Shown here piece after piece: positions 40,308 to 54,183 of a DNA stretch of 64,000 nucleotides. Each line of letters starts with the position of its first letter. Position 1 is the first letter of the stretch. The position numbers and the translations under genes are program-made. This stretch comes from Chrysomallon squamiferum (Eukaryota; Animalia; Mollusca), in the NCBI GenBank assembly GCA_012295275.1, contig CM022671.1, forward strand, positions 26,040,001 through 26,104,000, read 5' to 3'. The notes beneath the pieces were generated by a model, which saw only the letters and a list, made by a program, of their open reading frames with translations, had not been told where the DNA came from and did not search any database.

Positions 40308-43300
40308 TTATCTTGGTGTAGTTTCCTCATCTGTTTTTTCGGATGACATGTCTTCAAATGCACGATTATCTATCAGTGTGCTGTGTCCTATATCTCGAAG
40401 TTCTTCTAGCTGCTGTTTCTGAGTGAGATCCAAGTTATCAAGTCGCTGTTTGAGCAGATTCAAATCCTCCTTATGCTGCTGTTCTAGTTCCTGCAATAAA
40501 GAGAGTGGTTTTAGATAAATAAGAGACCTTGTTCTCTTTCAGTGATTCACTTTTATTTATCAGATGTGGAATGCAGGATCAAGCCAGTTCACCACATTTA
40601 CTAAGAAAATTCATTTTCGAGACAGTATTAATTAAACATCACATTTAATAAATATTAATAATAAAGTTTTGAAATGGACTATACGTTTTTTTTACTGAAT
40701 GATTTCTTATCAGTATGTTAATATTTTATGACTGGAATTATTTACTGGATAATAAGGTATCAATTAATTTCTTTTAAAAAGAAAGAATAAATCATTTTGT
40801 TTGTCAATTTACTGGCGAAACTGTGATTGATAACTGAAATATTTAAGTTACTAACATTATCTAAGGCAGAACAATTTGGAACTGATGTATCAAAAGGAAA
40901 GTTTATTATTCCAAATGACTTGTCTCCGATAGGCACTTGGGTTATATTTGGTAAAAGCAGACAACGGAATTCATTATGTCGTCTGTAGAGATCTTTCCAC
41001 TGTTTCTTTAAACGATTGTAAACATCTTGAGGCACACATTTCCTGAAAAAAAACAATACAAAAATATATCCAACTTTAACAATATTAAATAACTGAAGTA
41101 ATTTAAAAACATAAAAGAAAAAAACTTTAAAACATCAAACATCATCCACTGGTACTTACAAATTTTAAATGTTTTTTATTTAGGGGTCTCATTAACAGCA
41201 TTAAACTACAGATTCATTTTTAAAGAATATAATATAAGATAAATTCTTTTTTTTTTTTTTTTTTAATCAAAATTTGATACTACTTACTCCAACATTTTTT
41301 TCTCTAACTCTAGTTCTTCATTCTGGGCTTCATATACTTGCAGTTTTTCTTTTAAATGGTCAACCACCTTGTGATGTCTTCGTTTATACTGTAATATAGA
41401 TACAAAAAATACAAATTATAATAACTAACCAAAGATAGATATTATAATAATCTTATTATGATGTATTTCAGGTTCCGTTTAATATAAACGTGATATGAAT
41501 AATAACACAAACACTACTTTAATCATGCCAAATTAACCTTTATAACAATCAGTCAACATTAAAATACTCACAAACTTAACCTGGCCTCTTATTTACTACT
41601 TCTACAGAGCACAACCCACATTAATAATATTTATTTGAAAGAAATGGAAATGATAACTAAATTTACCACAAACCTTTTTGTGAATTTCTGCAGCTTTACT
41701 TAGTTTTGAGCAGCAGCTTTGTAATCTCTCTTCCAGTACATGGATCCTTGTTTCAAGCTGTGTCTTTTCATCTGAGAATGAAGCCCTCTGACTGCACACA
41801 ATTCTGTCTTGATTGTCCTGCAGTTTCTGCATCTGATCCCGAGTCATTTTTAATTCATCTTTCAGAAGATCTGTTTGATTGCGTAGTTTGATCATCTGGT
41901 CCATCAATCTCTGTTCACTGCTTACGTAAACACTCAACTCCTCTTCAAGTCTCGATATCTTAATCCTCAGTTCTGAGTTTTCCAATTTTTCTCTCTGTAT
42001 TTGTTCATTTAAACTTTCGTGGTGATGAATTTTTGATCTGAAAAAAAAATAAAAAATAAAAAAAAATTAAATTAAAATATTAATTACAAATTCATTATTT
42101 TCAAAATAAATAAATAAATCATTAATGTAATTTTTTAAATATTCCCAAAAATCAAGTTTGTACATTTAAAAATTATTTTATCTTTGTAAGAAAAAAGTAA
42201 CTAAACACAATTACAAGCATGTATTCAAATGTTTTATTTTTTTAAAACCATTAAACAATTGTAACAAAATAAAACTGTAAAATGTCTAACTTCAACACCA
42301 GAAGTTCTTTTTCAGCTGATTCTCTCTGGCTGTTTGCCATTGCTAATTTGTCAGCAACTTTTTCTTGTTCAGCCTGCTTATGAGTTTCTTCATCAATTTT
42401 TCGACGTTCAATTTCTTGCAGTTTAGTTTCTAACTCAAGCCTGAAAAAAAATAAAACAATTTCTATTATGTATTTGAAAATAATAACACATATAAATATT
42501 TGTTATGTTACGTGAGAATTAACTATTCTATTTCTGTATTAATGATGTTATGCTATTCACTAAATTATGCTGTTTAAAATCATTCAAATAGTATTGAATG
42601 TAACACAAAATATTACAATTAAACTAGTATGTTAGACTTCCTGTTTAATGTATCACAGGGAATGACATTATTTAAACTGTTTAAGAAGTTAATTTAATTG
42701 CTTATCTGCCAAAAAAATAAAAATAAAGAATAAAGAAAATGTAATAATAAAAATTCAAATTAAAAAATCAATAAATTATCACTATCTAATGAATTCTATA
42801 TATAAAAAAAAACCCACCACTTTAATTTTCATTTTAAAATCCCCAGCTCTTATGGTAGTTGCTTAAATTCTAAGAATAACAATGTAAGAACATATTTTTA
42901 CTTTTCATTTTCAACAGTTGCTAGTTTTTCAAATTCTTCTTCTCGAACTGCCTGCATTCTTCTAGCTATTTCTCGTTCCTTTTCCTCCAGGAGTTTTGCC
43001 TGCTGAGCTATTTTATGATTAGCTATTTCAATCTGAGTTTGAAGATCTATGTTAAAGACAACAGAACGATCAATAAATTGTTTAGAAAATATTTTAAACT
43101 TTACAATAAAAGACAATAACATCTATGTAAATAACCAAAACCCAAACCAATTCATATTCAATATTGTTATTTATCAATTTTAGATAATTCAAGAAGGTAT
43201 TTTTATATTTTTTCCAATTTAAATTAATTAAAAAAATACTTATCTATGTAATAATGGCAGAAACAAACCAGAAATATTTAACTGGCAATATCCAGTACAT

Positions 43301-45218
43301 TTTTTGTGTAAATTCTGAAACGAACCTTCACACAGATTGGCAAGCTTGTCTCGTTCTCTCTCCAAGTCACCTCTCTGCTTCAGCATGTCCATTTTAAGAT
43401 TGGTTAAATCGACTTTGTTCCTGTGCATCTCTTCCTCTATTTGGTTCTTGTAGAGTAAATTTTCTTTCTCCAGTTCGTGAATTCTGCTGGTCATTTTGTT
43501 GTACTTGTCTCCTGTGGCTAGAAGTTCTTGCTGCAGTGAGTCTGCTTGGCGGCGTAGTGACTCCCGTTCAGCCTTGAGTAAACAAAAATACATTTCTCAT
43601 CCAATTGTAGAAGATGACAGTTATGAAATCTGAGGTTTGTATCAACTGCTACAAATTCAAAATATGACAGGTGCTAGAAAATATACCAAAAAAATATTAC
43701 TCTTGTATAGAAATTGAAAACTGAACTCAAATTTTGACTGAAGCCTGATCTAGTGATGTAACAATTCCTGTTTGTGGCAATCATAGTATAACAATAGAAA
43801 CAATTAATGAAATATATGCAGTACAACTTGATAATAAATAAATATATCATATTCAGACAGAAATTTCAAAAATTAATGCTATAGACATAAACGTTTGGCT
43901 AGGACAGTGCAACATGTAGAGCTTCTCTAAATGTGCTGGTATTGATGCTTGTAAACAGTTTCAAATTAACAATACAGGTGTTAAGAACCATACCTCAAGA
44001 GATCTGATGGAAGCCTGAGATTCTGCAAGCTGTTTTGACAGAGATCTTGAAATGCTGTCCGAATCCAACCTCTGTTTCTCACACTGAGCACGCACCTCCT
44101 CCAACTCGGAGAGAAGATTTTTTATTTTTAGATGAAGCTGAGCATTTTCTCGCTGCAGAGTCATCACTTTTTGTGAATCCAGACTGTTCTCAGTTTGGAT
44201 TCGTGCTATTGTGGCATCTCTTTCCTTTCTCAGGTTTTCCACCTGCAAAACAGTGTTACATGTAGTCTAATTTACTTGTTAAAAACCTGGACTTTATAAC
44301 ATTCTGATTTTAATTAGCATGCTTTATTGTTAGACTGTGCTATTCATCCAGTCGCAAGACAATTCAAATTATACTTGCAAAATAATCTGCTTATTATAAA
44401 TTTAAAAAAAAAAAAATGTTTTTTGAATTATTTCAATCTAATGAGAAAATTCTGTTTTATCTGTAATTCAGATGTTCACAAAAAAGCTTTAGTTTTTGAA
44501 ATCATTAATAAAAATCCATTTTTAAAAAGCTACGAAATTAGTTCTAAGCAAGTAAATTATTTTTAATTACCTCTGCATTATACTGCAGTTTCATTTCCTC
44601 AATAATTCTGTAATGTTCCACATTTTCATGCTCATATTCTGACTGGAGAAAAGAATGTTCATAGTGTAGTTTTGTTAGAGCTGTGTGTGCCTCAGAAATC
44701 TCTTGCTCCTGTTTCTGGTACTTATCATAATACTCTTTTTCAATATCTTCCCGCAATTTCATTTTTAAGATTTCCATTTTTTGTGGAGTCATGGCCTGAA
44801 TAATAAAATAATAAAATTTAAAAACATAAACAAATCGGTTACCTACAGCTTCAAGAAACAGTTTCATTTACAGAAGGCAGCAGTAGTAATATTTTAGAGT
44901 ACGTACATTCACTTAAACAGAATTTATTATGAACCTTTGATTTCAGCTCCTCCACTTCAGTCTTAGTTTCTTCTAATTCCCTTTTGATTTGTTCAAACAA
45001 AGCTTCATAATTGTTCTTAACTATGCGAGCTTCCTCGATTGTCTTTGATAGCTCAGACTCCATCTGCATGTACTTATCTTGCAACCTATAAAAACAGGAA
45101 CAAAAACTCCAGAATAACATTATCTAGTAAACAGTGCTTGATTATGTGCATGCTTATAAAAAGAAGTGCTGTGAATAAAACAAGGATTTAAATGATGAAA
45201 TTAAATAAATGCAATGAT

Positions 45219-45304
<86 letters not shown>

Positions 45305-45720
45305 TGCACACACACCTTTATGTACCTATTTTAATAAAAAGAATTATAAGAAATAATTAATTTGTTTAATTTATTATGAAATAAAACAAGTTTCTTCTTT
45401 TGATATCTATTCAAAGTTATTTTAGTTCAGATACTGAGATAAGGCTTTCAAAGGGAAGGGGGACAACTATCAAAACATTTCATAAAACAAGTTATTGTCT
45501 CCCTTGAGTTTTGTGAAAACGATTCATATTAAAAACAATTTTAAATAACATCAGAAAGAAAATTTAAATGTAAAAAAAACGAATTAGATAAATAAAAGGT
45601 ATTTAATTACACTGCATGTTCAGTCTTCAACAGCTGAAAATTTGCTTTGTGTTGTTCAGCTCTCCTTGTTTCATCAGCCAACATCTTCTCTAATTCACTT
45701 TCCCTGGTTGTCCTGGCCAT
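40308..45720 (-). CDS. CEP83: Centrosomal protein of 83 kDa (distal appendage coiled-coil protein, CCDC41), 11 exons, 703 aa
   Basis: Exons 45720-45611, 45085-44935, 44795-44571, 44242-43994, 43572-43326, 43046-42902, 42440-42291, 42037-41674, 41388-41288, 41042-40856, 40490-40308 (2112 nt, in phase). Recognisable segments: ELEKMLADETRRAEQHKANFQLLKTEH, MTPQKMEILK, VPQDVYNRLKKQWKDLYRRHNEFRCLLL, EQQHKEDLNLLKQRLDNLDLTQKQQLEEL. Confidence 0.92.
45221..45301. repeat. (GA)n microsatellite
   Basis: Perfect ~80-bp dinucleotide run in a CEP83 intron. Confidence 0.95.
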
Positions 45721-46576
45721 TGCAGTCTGTTTCTGTACATAAAAAAAAAAAATATTACACAAATTTTTATAAACACATCTGTTTTTACTTTTTTTTCTTT
45801 CTAAAACTGTATTACTCTATGTTCCTTACAAATGAAATATAAGTGAAATATAAGAAAAGCAACTAAGTATATTTAAACGGCAGTAACGTTTTATTCTTTA
45901 AGTTATAACATTCTAATATCTTCTTTGGCTATGACAGTAAAACATTTGTTATAATCTTACCACTTTAACAGTTATTTGTAGCTGAAATGTACCTTAATGT
46001 GCTTTGTTAACCTTTTTTGTTGCAGTCTCTTGTTATTATGCCATTCAAAGGTTACGCACAAATAAATAATGTGACTGGAAAAATATACAGTAACTTTTAA
46101 ATGATTATTATTAGGTTTCAGTTGTAAACAGTTTATCTATAATAGATACATGTGATGATATGTTTACACGATAATAAATATATAGTATAATATTGGCCTG
46201 TATCAGTGAATCAGTGAATGGTGGTAATAATTAGCCAATTATATTAGCTTACAAAACAAATAAATAAACAGATACAAATTTTAAGCTGATCGATTACTTT
46301 TTCTTCAACAAGTTTCAACTTGAAAGTTACATACCGCTCGCTCTCTAGACTCTACAATCTTTGAATTTATAGCTCACAAAATACTACGTTCTGCTATATG
46401 CATTGCACAGCACCATTTTAGACATAATGAAAATGCACTTCACTCCAATCTGCATAAACTACAACACAAGTTATTTCTCCTTTTTTCAAAAACAACTTAT
46501 GTTTCGTCTTCCTTTTATTCATCTTCCGTTTAAACTTGACAACAAAAATGCTACGCATGTGCACAAAGGATATTGT

Positions 46577-46590
46577 GTTTCTAGAGTTAC
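46577..46590 (-). promoter_or_regulatory. Candidate RFX X-box upstream of CEP83
   Basis: Minus strand GTAACT-CT-AGAAAC, one mismatch from RTHNYY-WT-RRNRAC; lies just upstream of a candidate 5'UTR exon donor (GTATGT, ~46334-46329). The motif is short and degenerate. Confidence 0.3.
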
Positions 46591-46670
46591 TTCCCTTGGA
46601 AGCGAATTTTTTTTTTTTTTTTTTTTTTTATACAGACATATCTGTGGTTCTGTGCTGTCATAATTATATA

Positions 46671-47001
46671 CAGATACCGGACCAATTATCCGGACTTCTT
46701 GGGGCCTGAGGCATTCCGGATTTCTGGATTTTCCGGTTTTCTGGTACCAAGGCATCTAAATAATTAGGCATGAACATTTTAAAATTAAAAACATAAACAA
46801 AATTGACGATACACAACTGTGGCGACTCCACACGTAAACAATGCGGCGAGTGAATGAACGCCACGCGGCTTGAAAGAGTAGTTCCGATCTGGTGAGGACA
46901 ACACCCACGTGCGCGAACTATGAAAATAACGTTGGGGAAAATAAATTCCGTTTTTCTGGTCTTCCGAGTTTCAGGACGCCGGATGATTGGTCCGGTACCT
47001 A
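46671..47001. mobile_element. Tc1/mariner (pogo/Tigger-like) MITE, 331 bp
   Basis: Left TIR CAGATACCGGACCAATTATCCGG versus right TIR (reverse complement) TAGGTACCGGACCAATCATCCGG; TA on both flanks; subterminal TCCGG(A/T)TTT-like repeats at both ends; no coding capacity. Confidence 0.75.
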
Positions 47002-48246
47002 TATAGTGATGGAAATGCCCTTAGAAGCGTTTATTTAGATGGCCATTTCAATATTTCCAAAAATGGAGGACTTTACCCCCAAAAATGGCGACCATTATGT
47101 TTTATCTAAATTAAACATATGATTAAATGATTAGTACAGAATCTGCGCCCTCTTCTTCCCAATCAGCCCCACGCGCCTTAGCGGACCCCTAGTTAATAAC
47201 GCTTGTTTTCGTTACTGCATGTTTATGGTTGATAACCAAGCAGACAATAAGAGAGGAAATTACAAGTCGAGTGGTTACTCGACCTTTTTCAATTAGTAAC
47301 AGTGGATATTTTTATGTACCTTGGCACTAACAAGAAGGTATTTGTTTACATTGGCCTTTAGTAAGGCAGTCGTAGGATACCTGTTACAGTGTTTGTTGTA
47401 AAGTATAATGTAATTAGGGTATAATCACAAACAAAATCAAAACTAAAATATCTTTTTTTTTTTTTTTCAAAATCAGCATTGAAAGTATATGAAATATATG
47501 AAAAAACAAGAGAAAATCTCAGTTACCTTGATTGTTAGAGTGTGTCTTTTGAATAAATAAAATAATTACATGTACTACAAAGTATGTGTTAGTATAAAAA
47601 AATCATTTATTAAGAAACAAATTAAAATGTTTAACTTAAAATTTAATTTCCAGTAATAGTATTTATTTAGTGTATTAAACATATCTCTTCCATTTTATGA
47701 AATAGAGGTGAAAAATATATAATAATTATGTTAAATTTACTGTTTCAATTATTTTTTTTTTAAACAGTTTTAGTAATTTCGACCGGTCAAAAGGTTTAAG
47801 CGAAATATCAAAATTTTTCTACGCTGCGTATTCCACTCTTTCAGGCTGTCTGGGCCTGTCGCACTCTCATCCTCTCCGCAGACTCCTATCTCTGATTCCC
47901 GTCATTTACAGTAATTTTGCTTTTGGCATATTCTTCAATAATTAATTGAACAAACAGCTGATAAACAACCATTTTGCTATCCGATGCCTTAATGAGTGGC
48001 TTTTACGTTGACAACTCTGGCTTGCCACCTGTTCCCGAGTAGACTATCGTTAGATAGATGAAATCGATGCTACTGTGGAATTAGCGTATTGTTTTTCGCA
48101 TGTCAGATTGCTTAAGCCCACGTGAAACATAATGATACTCAACAGGCACAAGCCATTGTTACGACTGAAGAATAATGACATGTCTGACATCAGTAAAATG
48201 TCACAAAATGATTAAAAATTGAAAAATATTTCTATATTAGATTACC

Positions 48247-48290
<44 letters not shown>

Positions 48291-50892
48291 GAAGGTGAAA
48301 TGTGTTGATATCGTAAGGTAGAACATAAATGGAACAGATATATGTATACATTAATAAACTGAAATATGTGTATTAAATTAAAGGAAAAGAAAAGGGGGAG
48401 AGGGGAAATAATAATAAACTGAAAAAGTTAAATAAAATTAAAAATCAATATAAATGATCCAAACATAAAATTCCAATAAAAATGAGTCCTTTCGATGGAA
48501 AATTTACTTTACCATAAGGATAATTTTCCGCTATATAATTAAATTGTTTATTATTTCTTGAACGGTTTGTGAAGATTGTATTTTCAATCATAAATAACAG
48601 CAATTATGTATGTTTGTGAAAACTGGTATTAGCCTTGTTGGTATATAAATTAACTAAAAGCTGAATTTATGGCTGAATAAAAATTATAGCGATAAATGAT
48701 TCTATATATTTCATTCACTTGAACTTTTGTTAAGTGTCTGTTATTATTATTATTATTTTATTACTATTTATTTATTTATTTTTAGTTCAATTTAATTATT
48801 ATTATTATTATATCCATTAATATACAAAAGTTCAAGTATTGTTGCTACCACAAAATACTAAAAACAAATATAATTTTAAAAATAATTAATACTCACTTTT
48901 ATTCCGGCAGACATAAAATTCTGACTTCTCTTCATTATTTTACCTCAGTTCTTTACCGTCTGATGGAAAAAGAATGAGAAATTATCGTAATATACACAGA
49001 GAGTGGAATAGCCCAGGGGGGTTGCAGCTTGTTACAATGGTTTGACCCATTGATTGCCTTTCTGAAACCCCCCCAGCACGAATGACATTTTGATTCATAG
49101 CACAACCACATATAATGTAAATGTTTAAACTATACTTTGATATTTTATTTAATTATAACTATAACATTTTTATTATGACCCGGATTGGTTTTATGCGGCT
49201 GCGTCTACAAAACGCAGACGACAGATATGAAAACGTATTGGGCAGATGTCACTCACTCATTTGATCACCGCATTGAACATAATCAGTCATTGTTTGCTTG
49301 TTAATTCTAACAAACAACTTAATTGGCGGTATAACTCGGTAATAATACGGTAATTAGAAACTCGACGAGGGGACATGCAGGATGACTAACTAGAATGAAA
49401 TCTGAGGTGAGTTTTGTAAATGAAATATCTGTCACTTCCAGATTTAACTTCAACATCGTACTGACCATAGTGGGCACATGATAGAATAACGCCATCATGT
49501 ACCACCCACCCATCTTCATCAACAACAGGGTAATTATCTTACTCCTGTAATTAACCAGGTATCAGAATAATAGTTCTGTTCACTGGAAACAGTTTCCGAA
49601 ACATTAGTATCATCTAATGCCTTTATATTGAGGTGTAAAATATTTTCAGAATTAAGTGCGTAATGAATGAAATTGATAAATACTTATATCCAGTATTAAA
49701 ATCAGTTTAGAAATAAAATTATATTTCGTTATACACGTACTTATGTCAGATATTAAAATTAGTTTAGAAATACATTCCATTATATACATATATATATTTA
49801 ATATTAAAATCACTTCAGAAATAATTAAATTCTGATATTTTTAATATACTAGCTCGAAATCCAAAACAATCGCATTAATCGTTATATTGTGGGGGAAAAA
49901 AGAAAAAAATCTTACAAATTAACTTTTCTAACAATAACATTCCATATTCCGTTATTTTATTTATTTTTTAAAATAAAAAATACTTACAAAAGCACTCAAA
50001 TTCTACTGCAACTTATGTTTCATCCAAGATAAATTCTATTAAAAACATGCCTTACTACAACTCGGCTTAAAAGCAGACATTCTGTTATTTTATTTTTTTT
50101 TTTTTACTTTATTATTATTTTTTTCTCTCTCAGTTTCTCTCTGTAAATATACCCTTTCTGTTATACACGGAAAAACACAATTAGGACATGCTCTTAATGT
50201 ATTTCATGCTGACACGAGTTAATGAGAATATTAGCATCTCTTCTTCGCTTCTTACTGACTCCTGTTTTCCCATTTAAGGTTTATTCTAATTACAGCCAGT
50301 TGCAGATTAAAAGGGTAATGTGCGGATAATGGGTACATTGATTTTTGCCTTGGCTCAAGAAGGAATATTGATATAAGTAACGCTATGTGGCGTGCCTTTA
50401 TGTCCTTTGAGATTTCAAAGATTCACTTTCGAAAGGTTACGGAATGACAATAAATGACTTTTCACAATAACTGTTCAGTTTTACTGGGCTTTATCTATAT
50501 ACTACATCATCATACTTTTTGATACCGTATTATACGACTAGATGAACTAGTATTCAGTAGATTTCGTGCGTGGAGGAGTTAATCATAGAAATTTGTAGGT
50601 TGTTTTTTTTCACTGTGTCTGTTGATTAATATTTATAGCGTGATTAACTAACTCACCGAGCATTCTTTTTGAGAGCTCAGATTTCATTTAAGAGTTATGA
50701 CCAAGACAGATTTCGTATTTTTTTCTCAGTGAGTTTTTACATTAATGAATAATCATGAAAAAAAAAAAAAATAAATAAAAATATAAAATAACGCACCAAT
50801 ATGGCGAAAAGACACAGCAACCTATATTTTCCCTGTGGCCAATGTTTTTTTATTTATTCATTTATTATATTTACTTTTTTAAATTTTATTTT

Positions 50893-51139
50893 CATAGGCG
50901 TATGGGGAGGGATGGGGCGCATGAGCATTGACTGGTCCGAAATTTTACACAGATAAAAGCAGAAGCACCACTTTCTGATAAAATCTTTTTATCAGTCAAC
51001 GACAGACAGCACAAATCACTCAAAACGCAATTTAAAACCAGTACTATTTCCAGATTGATTTGTCGATGATTTTCTCCTCTGACTTGCTCGAATTTAGGAC
51101 GGCAGTTGATCTCCTACTCTCCTGACTGTTACGCACAGG
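50893..51139. mobile_element. Degenerate hAT-like MITE, ~247 bp
   Basis: Starts CATAGGCGTA followed by a G-rich tract; ends with a C-rich tract and TACGCACAGG (7/10 match to the inverted terminus); identical 8-bp TTTATTTT flanks at 50885-50892 and 51140-51147 (low complexity, so only suggestive). Confidence 0.45.
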
Positions 51140-51382
51140 TTTATTTTTAATTTTAATTAATTGATTATTATTTTCGTCTTCTTCTTTACGATGAAAGTTA
51201 TTTCATCTTATATCAACCACAGTAAAGGCGTCGGTTTATCAGATCACGGATTTCCTCTCAGTAAAGGTGAAACAGACAATATGATACCTTATTTGCTGTT
51301 AATTTCTAGATGGTTAACATTTTGGTTCTGTCGGGTTTGGTTTCAACTATAATTTCAGTGACACGGTAATCTCACATAATAT

Positions 51383-51384
<2 letters not shown>

Positions 51385-51426
<42 letters not shown>

Positions 51427-51456
51427 AGGATTTATTTTTACTTCTTCTTCTCCTTT

Positions 51457-51487
<31 letters not shown>

Positions 51488-51701
51488 TTCATTTTTTTTT
51501 TTTTTTTTTTTTTTTATTAATTAATTAATTAATGATTATGATTATTATTATTATTATTATTATTATTTAATGGATCTTACGTTATTTTATTTACTTCATT
51601 CCGTGACAACCTGATATAAATAATGTGAAAACAAAATTGTTTTATATTTATTTATTTACTTATTTTTATATTTTATATTATTTTTGTTATGGTTAATTAT
51701 T

Positions 51702-51758
<57 letters not shown>
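51385..51758. repeat. Cluster of simple repeats: (TA)n, (TTTA)n, poly-T, (ATT)n, (GA)n
   Basis: Directly visible tandem runs. Confidence 0.9.
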
Positions 51759-51760
<2 letters not shown>

Positions 51761-52802
51761 CAACAAAAACCTAAATCAAAAGGTGCGTTCTATAATTGTT
51801 ATACAAATCTAATGTTGCTGTCTTCTACTGACCGATATTGTTTTTATTTATTCATTTATTATTTTGTTTAATTATTGTTTGTTCGTTTGTGTCTGTTGAT
51901 GTAGTTGTTTGTTTGTTTTGGTGGGTTTTTTTATATGTATTTCTGATATATTTTCTTTCTACTGAACCATCTTTTCTGAAAACATGAACCGTTCCTGTTG
52001 ACTAACTAATGGTATAATTTATTTCTATTACAAGTATTTCTATAGGTAATGGAAATTAATTTTTGTATGTTCGGAGATACAAATTAACATCTGCTGAAGT
52101 TTTATTTATCCCCAGCAAGAGTTTTTAATTTTTATTTTTTTATTATTTTTATTTTTTTAAATACTAAAACTCAGTAGGAACTGAGAATGAAATAAAAATT
52201 TGGGAGATAATTCGCTGATAATCGATAAACTGTGATAGTAGGATTGAGATAACTGGATAAAAATTTGCTAAAATTTAATTTGTATATCATATTATATGCA
52301 TTATTTATTATTATTTTTTATTTATTAAGAAAGAAAAATGGTTTATAGTATCACAGTGTCGCTAGTTAGTGCTAGTTGAAATACTATACATTCAATGATT
52401 CAGTCGTTGTCTGCTAAAAATAAATTCAACACGTGATTCATCTTGTTGACATTCTTTTGATCATTACGGTTGTTTTCATTGGACATCTTAAACAGAATGA
52501 CCAATCATACAGGTTGAATCATAGGCATAACGCCAGTGTCGCCATTACAGGTAAACGCAGGTAAATTATTAAATCATCTCGACTCATTTTCTACAGCGTT
52601 AAAAAACATTGTAATAGTTTGAATGACTTTCTTTTTAATGATGAAATAAAAGTGAATTTTTTCTTTCGTTTTTCTATTGGTATAATAATGTAAATTCAGT
52701 TTTAAAGGAGCCAAAAAAATACTAGAAGTTATCAGGATAATCATAATACTAATTCATATACACTTCCGGAAAGACTGTTTATGGTCTTGTTAAAGGCTGA
52801 AA

Positions 52803-54086
52803 ATGTCTCTTCCCAAGAAAGACAGAAAAAGAATACTTGCTCAGATATGGGGCACACCTACACGGCACGACATCGATTTCTTCGACGAAGGAAAGCAGAT
52901 CGTTGTCACATCGACATACAAAGACATAGTTCCTTGGTGGCTCCGAATATTACAGTCCGTTTACCCCGACATTTCGTATAGAGAGAAGAAAGATATCATG
53001 AAGTTAAAGCCTGTGCCTGGAGTGGTTTTAAAACTAAATAAGTCCACGGGAATTCTAAGAGTCTCTGGAAAGAATCACTGGCCGTGGTTTGTGGAAAACT
53101 TTTCAAGTCTGATGGAGCAGGGAAACGAAGGAGCAGAAAGTCTCTCCGATGTGTCAGAAAATTCTGTGACAAGGTTCTTGCAGCTTGACAAAGACGATGA
53201 AGAGGTTTGTACGAAATATTTAGTGCCATCAGTTTTAATACTGTATACGAATACAGACATATGTGTAAAGAAGGCATTAATCGTAATCATTCCTACGACT
53301 GACAAATACCACCATTTTTAGAGAACTCGGTCTGTACAAGCAATTTGATACACGAATATTGATATAATTGTTACCCATTTTATTAATTTAAAATGCAAGT
53401 TCATATATTATTATGATATATAAAATCTTAAAATAATGAAAGTTACACTTATCTATTTCTGTTAGTAATTATTTATTTGAACTTGGCTGATTATCTTAAA
53501 TACAAATTTATTTAGTCTTAAAATTTAACTGTTTTATATATATAATAATATATTTAATATAATTATAATTAAATGTCAGTTATATAATATAATTATATAT
53601 AATTAAATGTCACTTATATTCACAAATTATTAATTTGAAAGTAGTGTAGTATGACGTATTAAGTTCTTTGTTAATTTTTAATCTTATTAATTAAAACAGA
53701 ATACCAATGCTTTTTTTCACTGTATATCACAAATGAAAGCAATCACTTTTCAGTCATAAACATTTGAGCTAGATAGCTAATGTAAACGGCCTTTTAAACT
53801 TAAGGTATAATTTTCCTTTTCACAGTAACTATATCTGTAGGAGAGCCTTGAAAAACTAGTTAAAGTTAGTAAACAACCTATAAAAAAATCTTTTCTGAAA
53901 CTTTTCACTGCAAGCTTTTAAGATGACATTTTGGTATTGATGGTTAACAGAGCAGTGATTTTTATTTAGAATTTAACATAGCTGTTTTCACATTTTGTTA
54001 TGCTCTGTTTGCTGTTGTAAAAAGATATTTTCAGTAAAAGGTACACCTATCTGTCATTTGGCATTTATGCATACACACATACATAA

Positions 54087-54117
<31 letters not shown>

Positions 54118-54147
54118 CATACATACATACATACATACATACATACA

Positions 54148-54183
<36 letters not shown>

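Noticed and set aside
47780-48289. Possible retrocopy ending in a 40-nt poly(A)
   Set aside because: No target-site duplication or convincing ORF; long A/T runs are common throughout the window.
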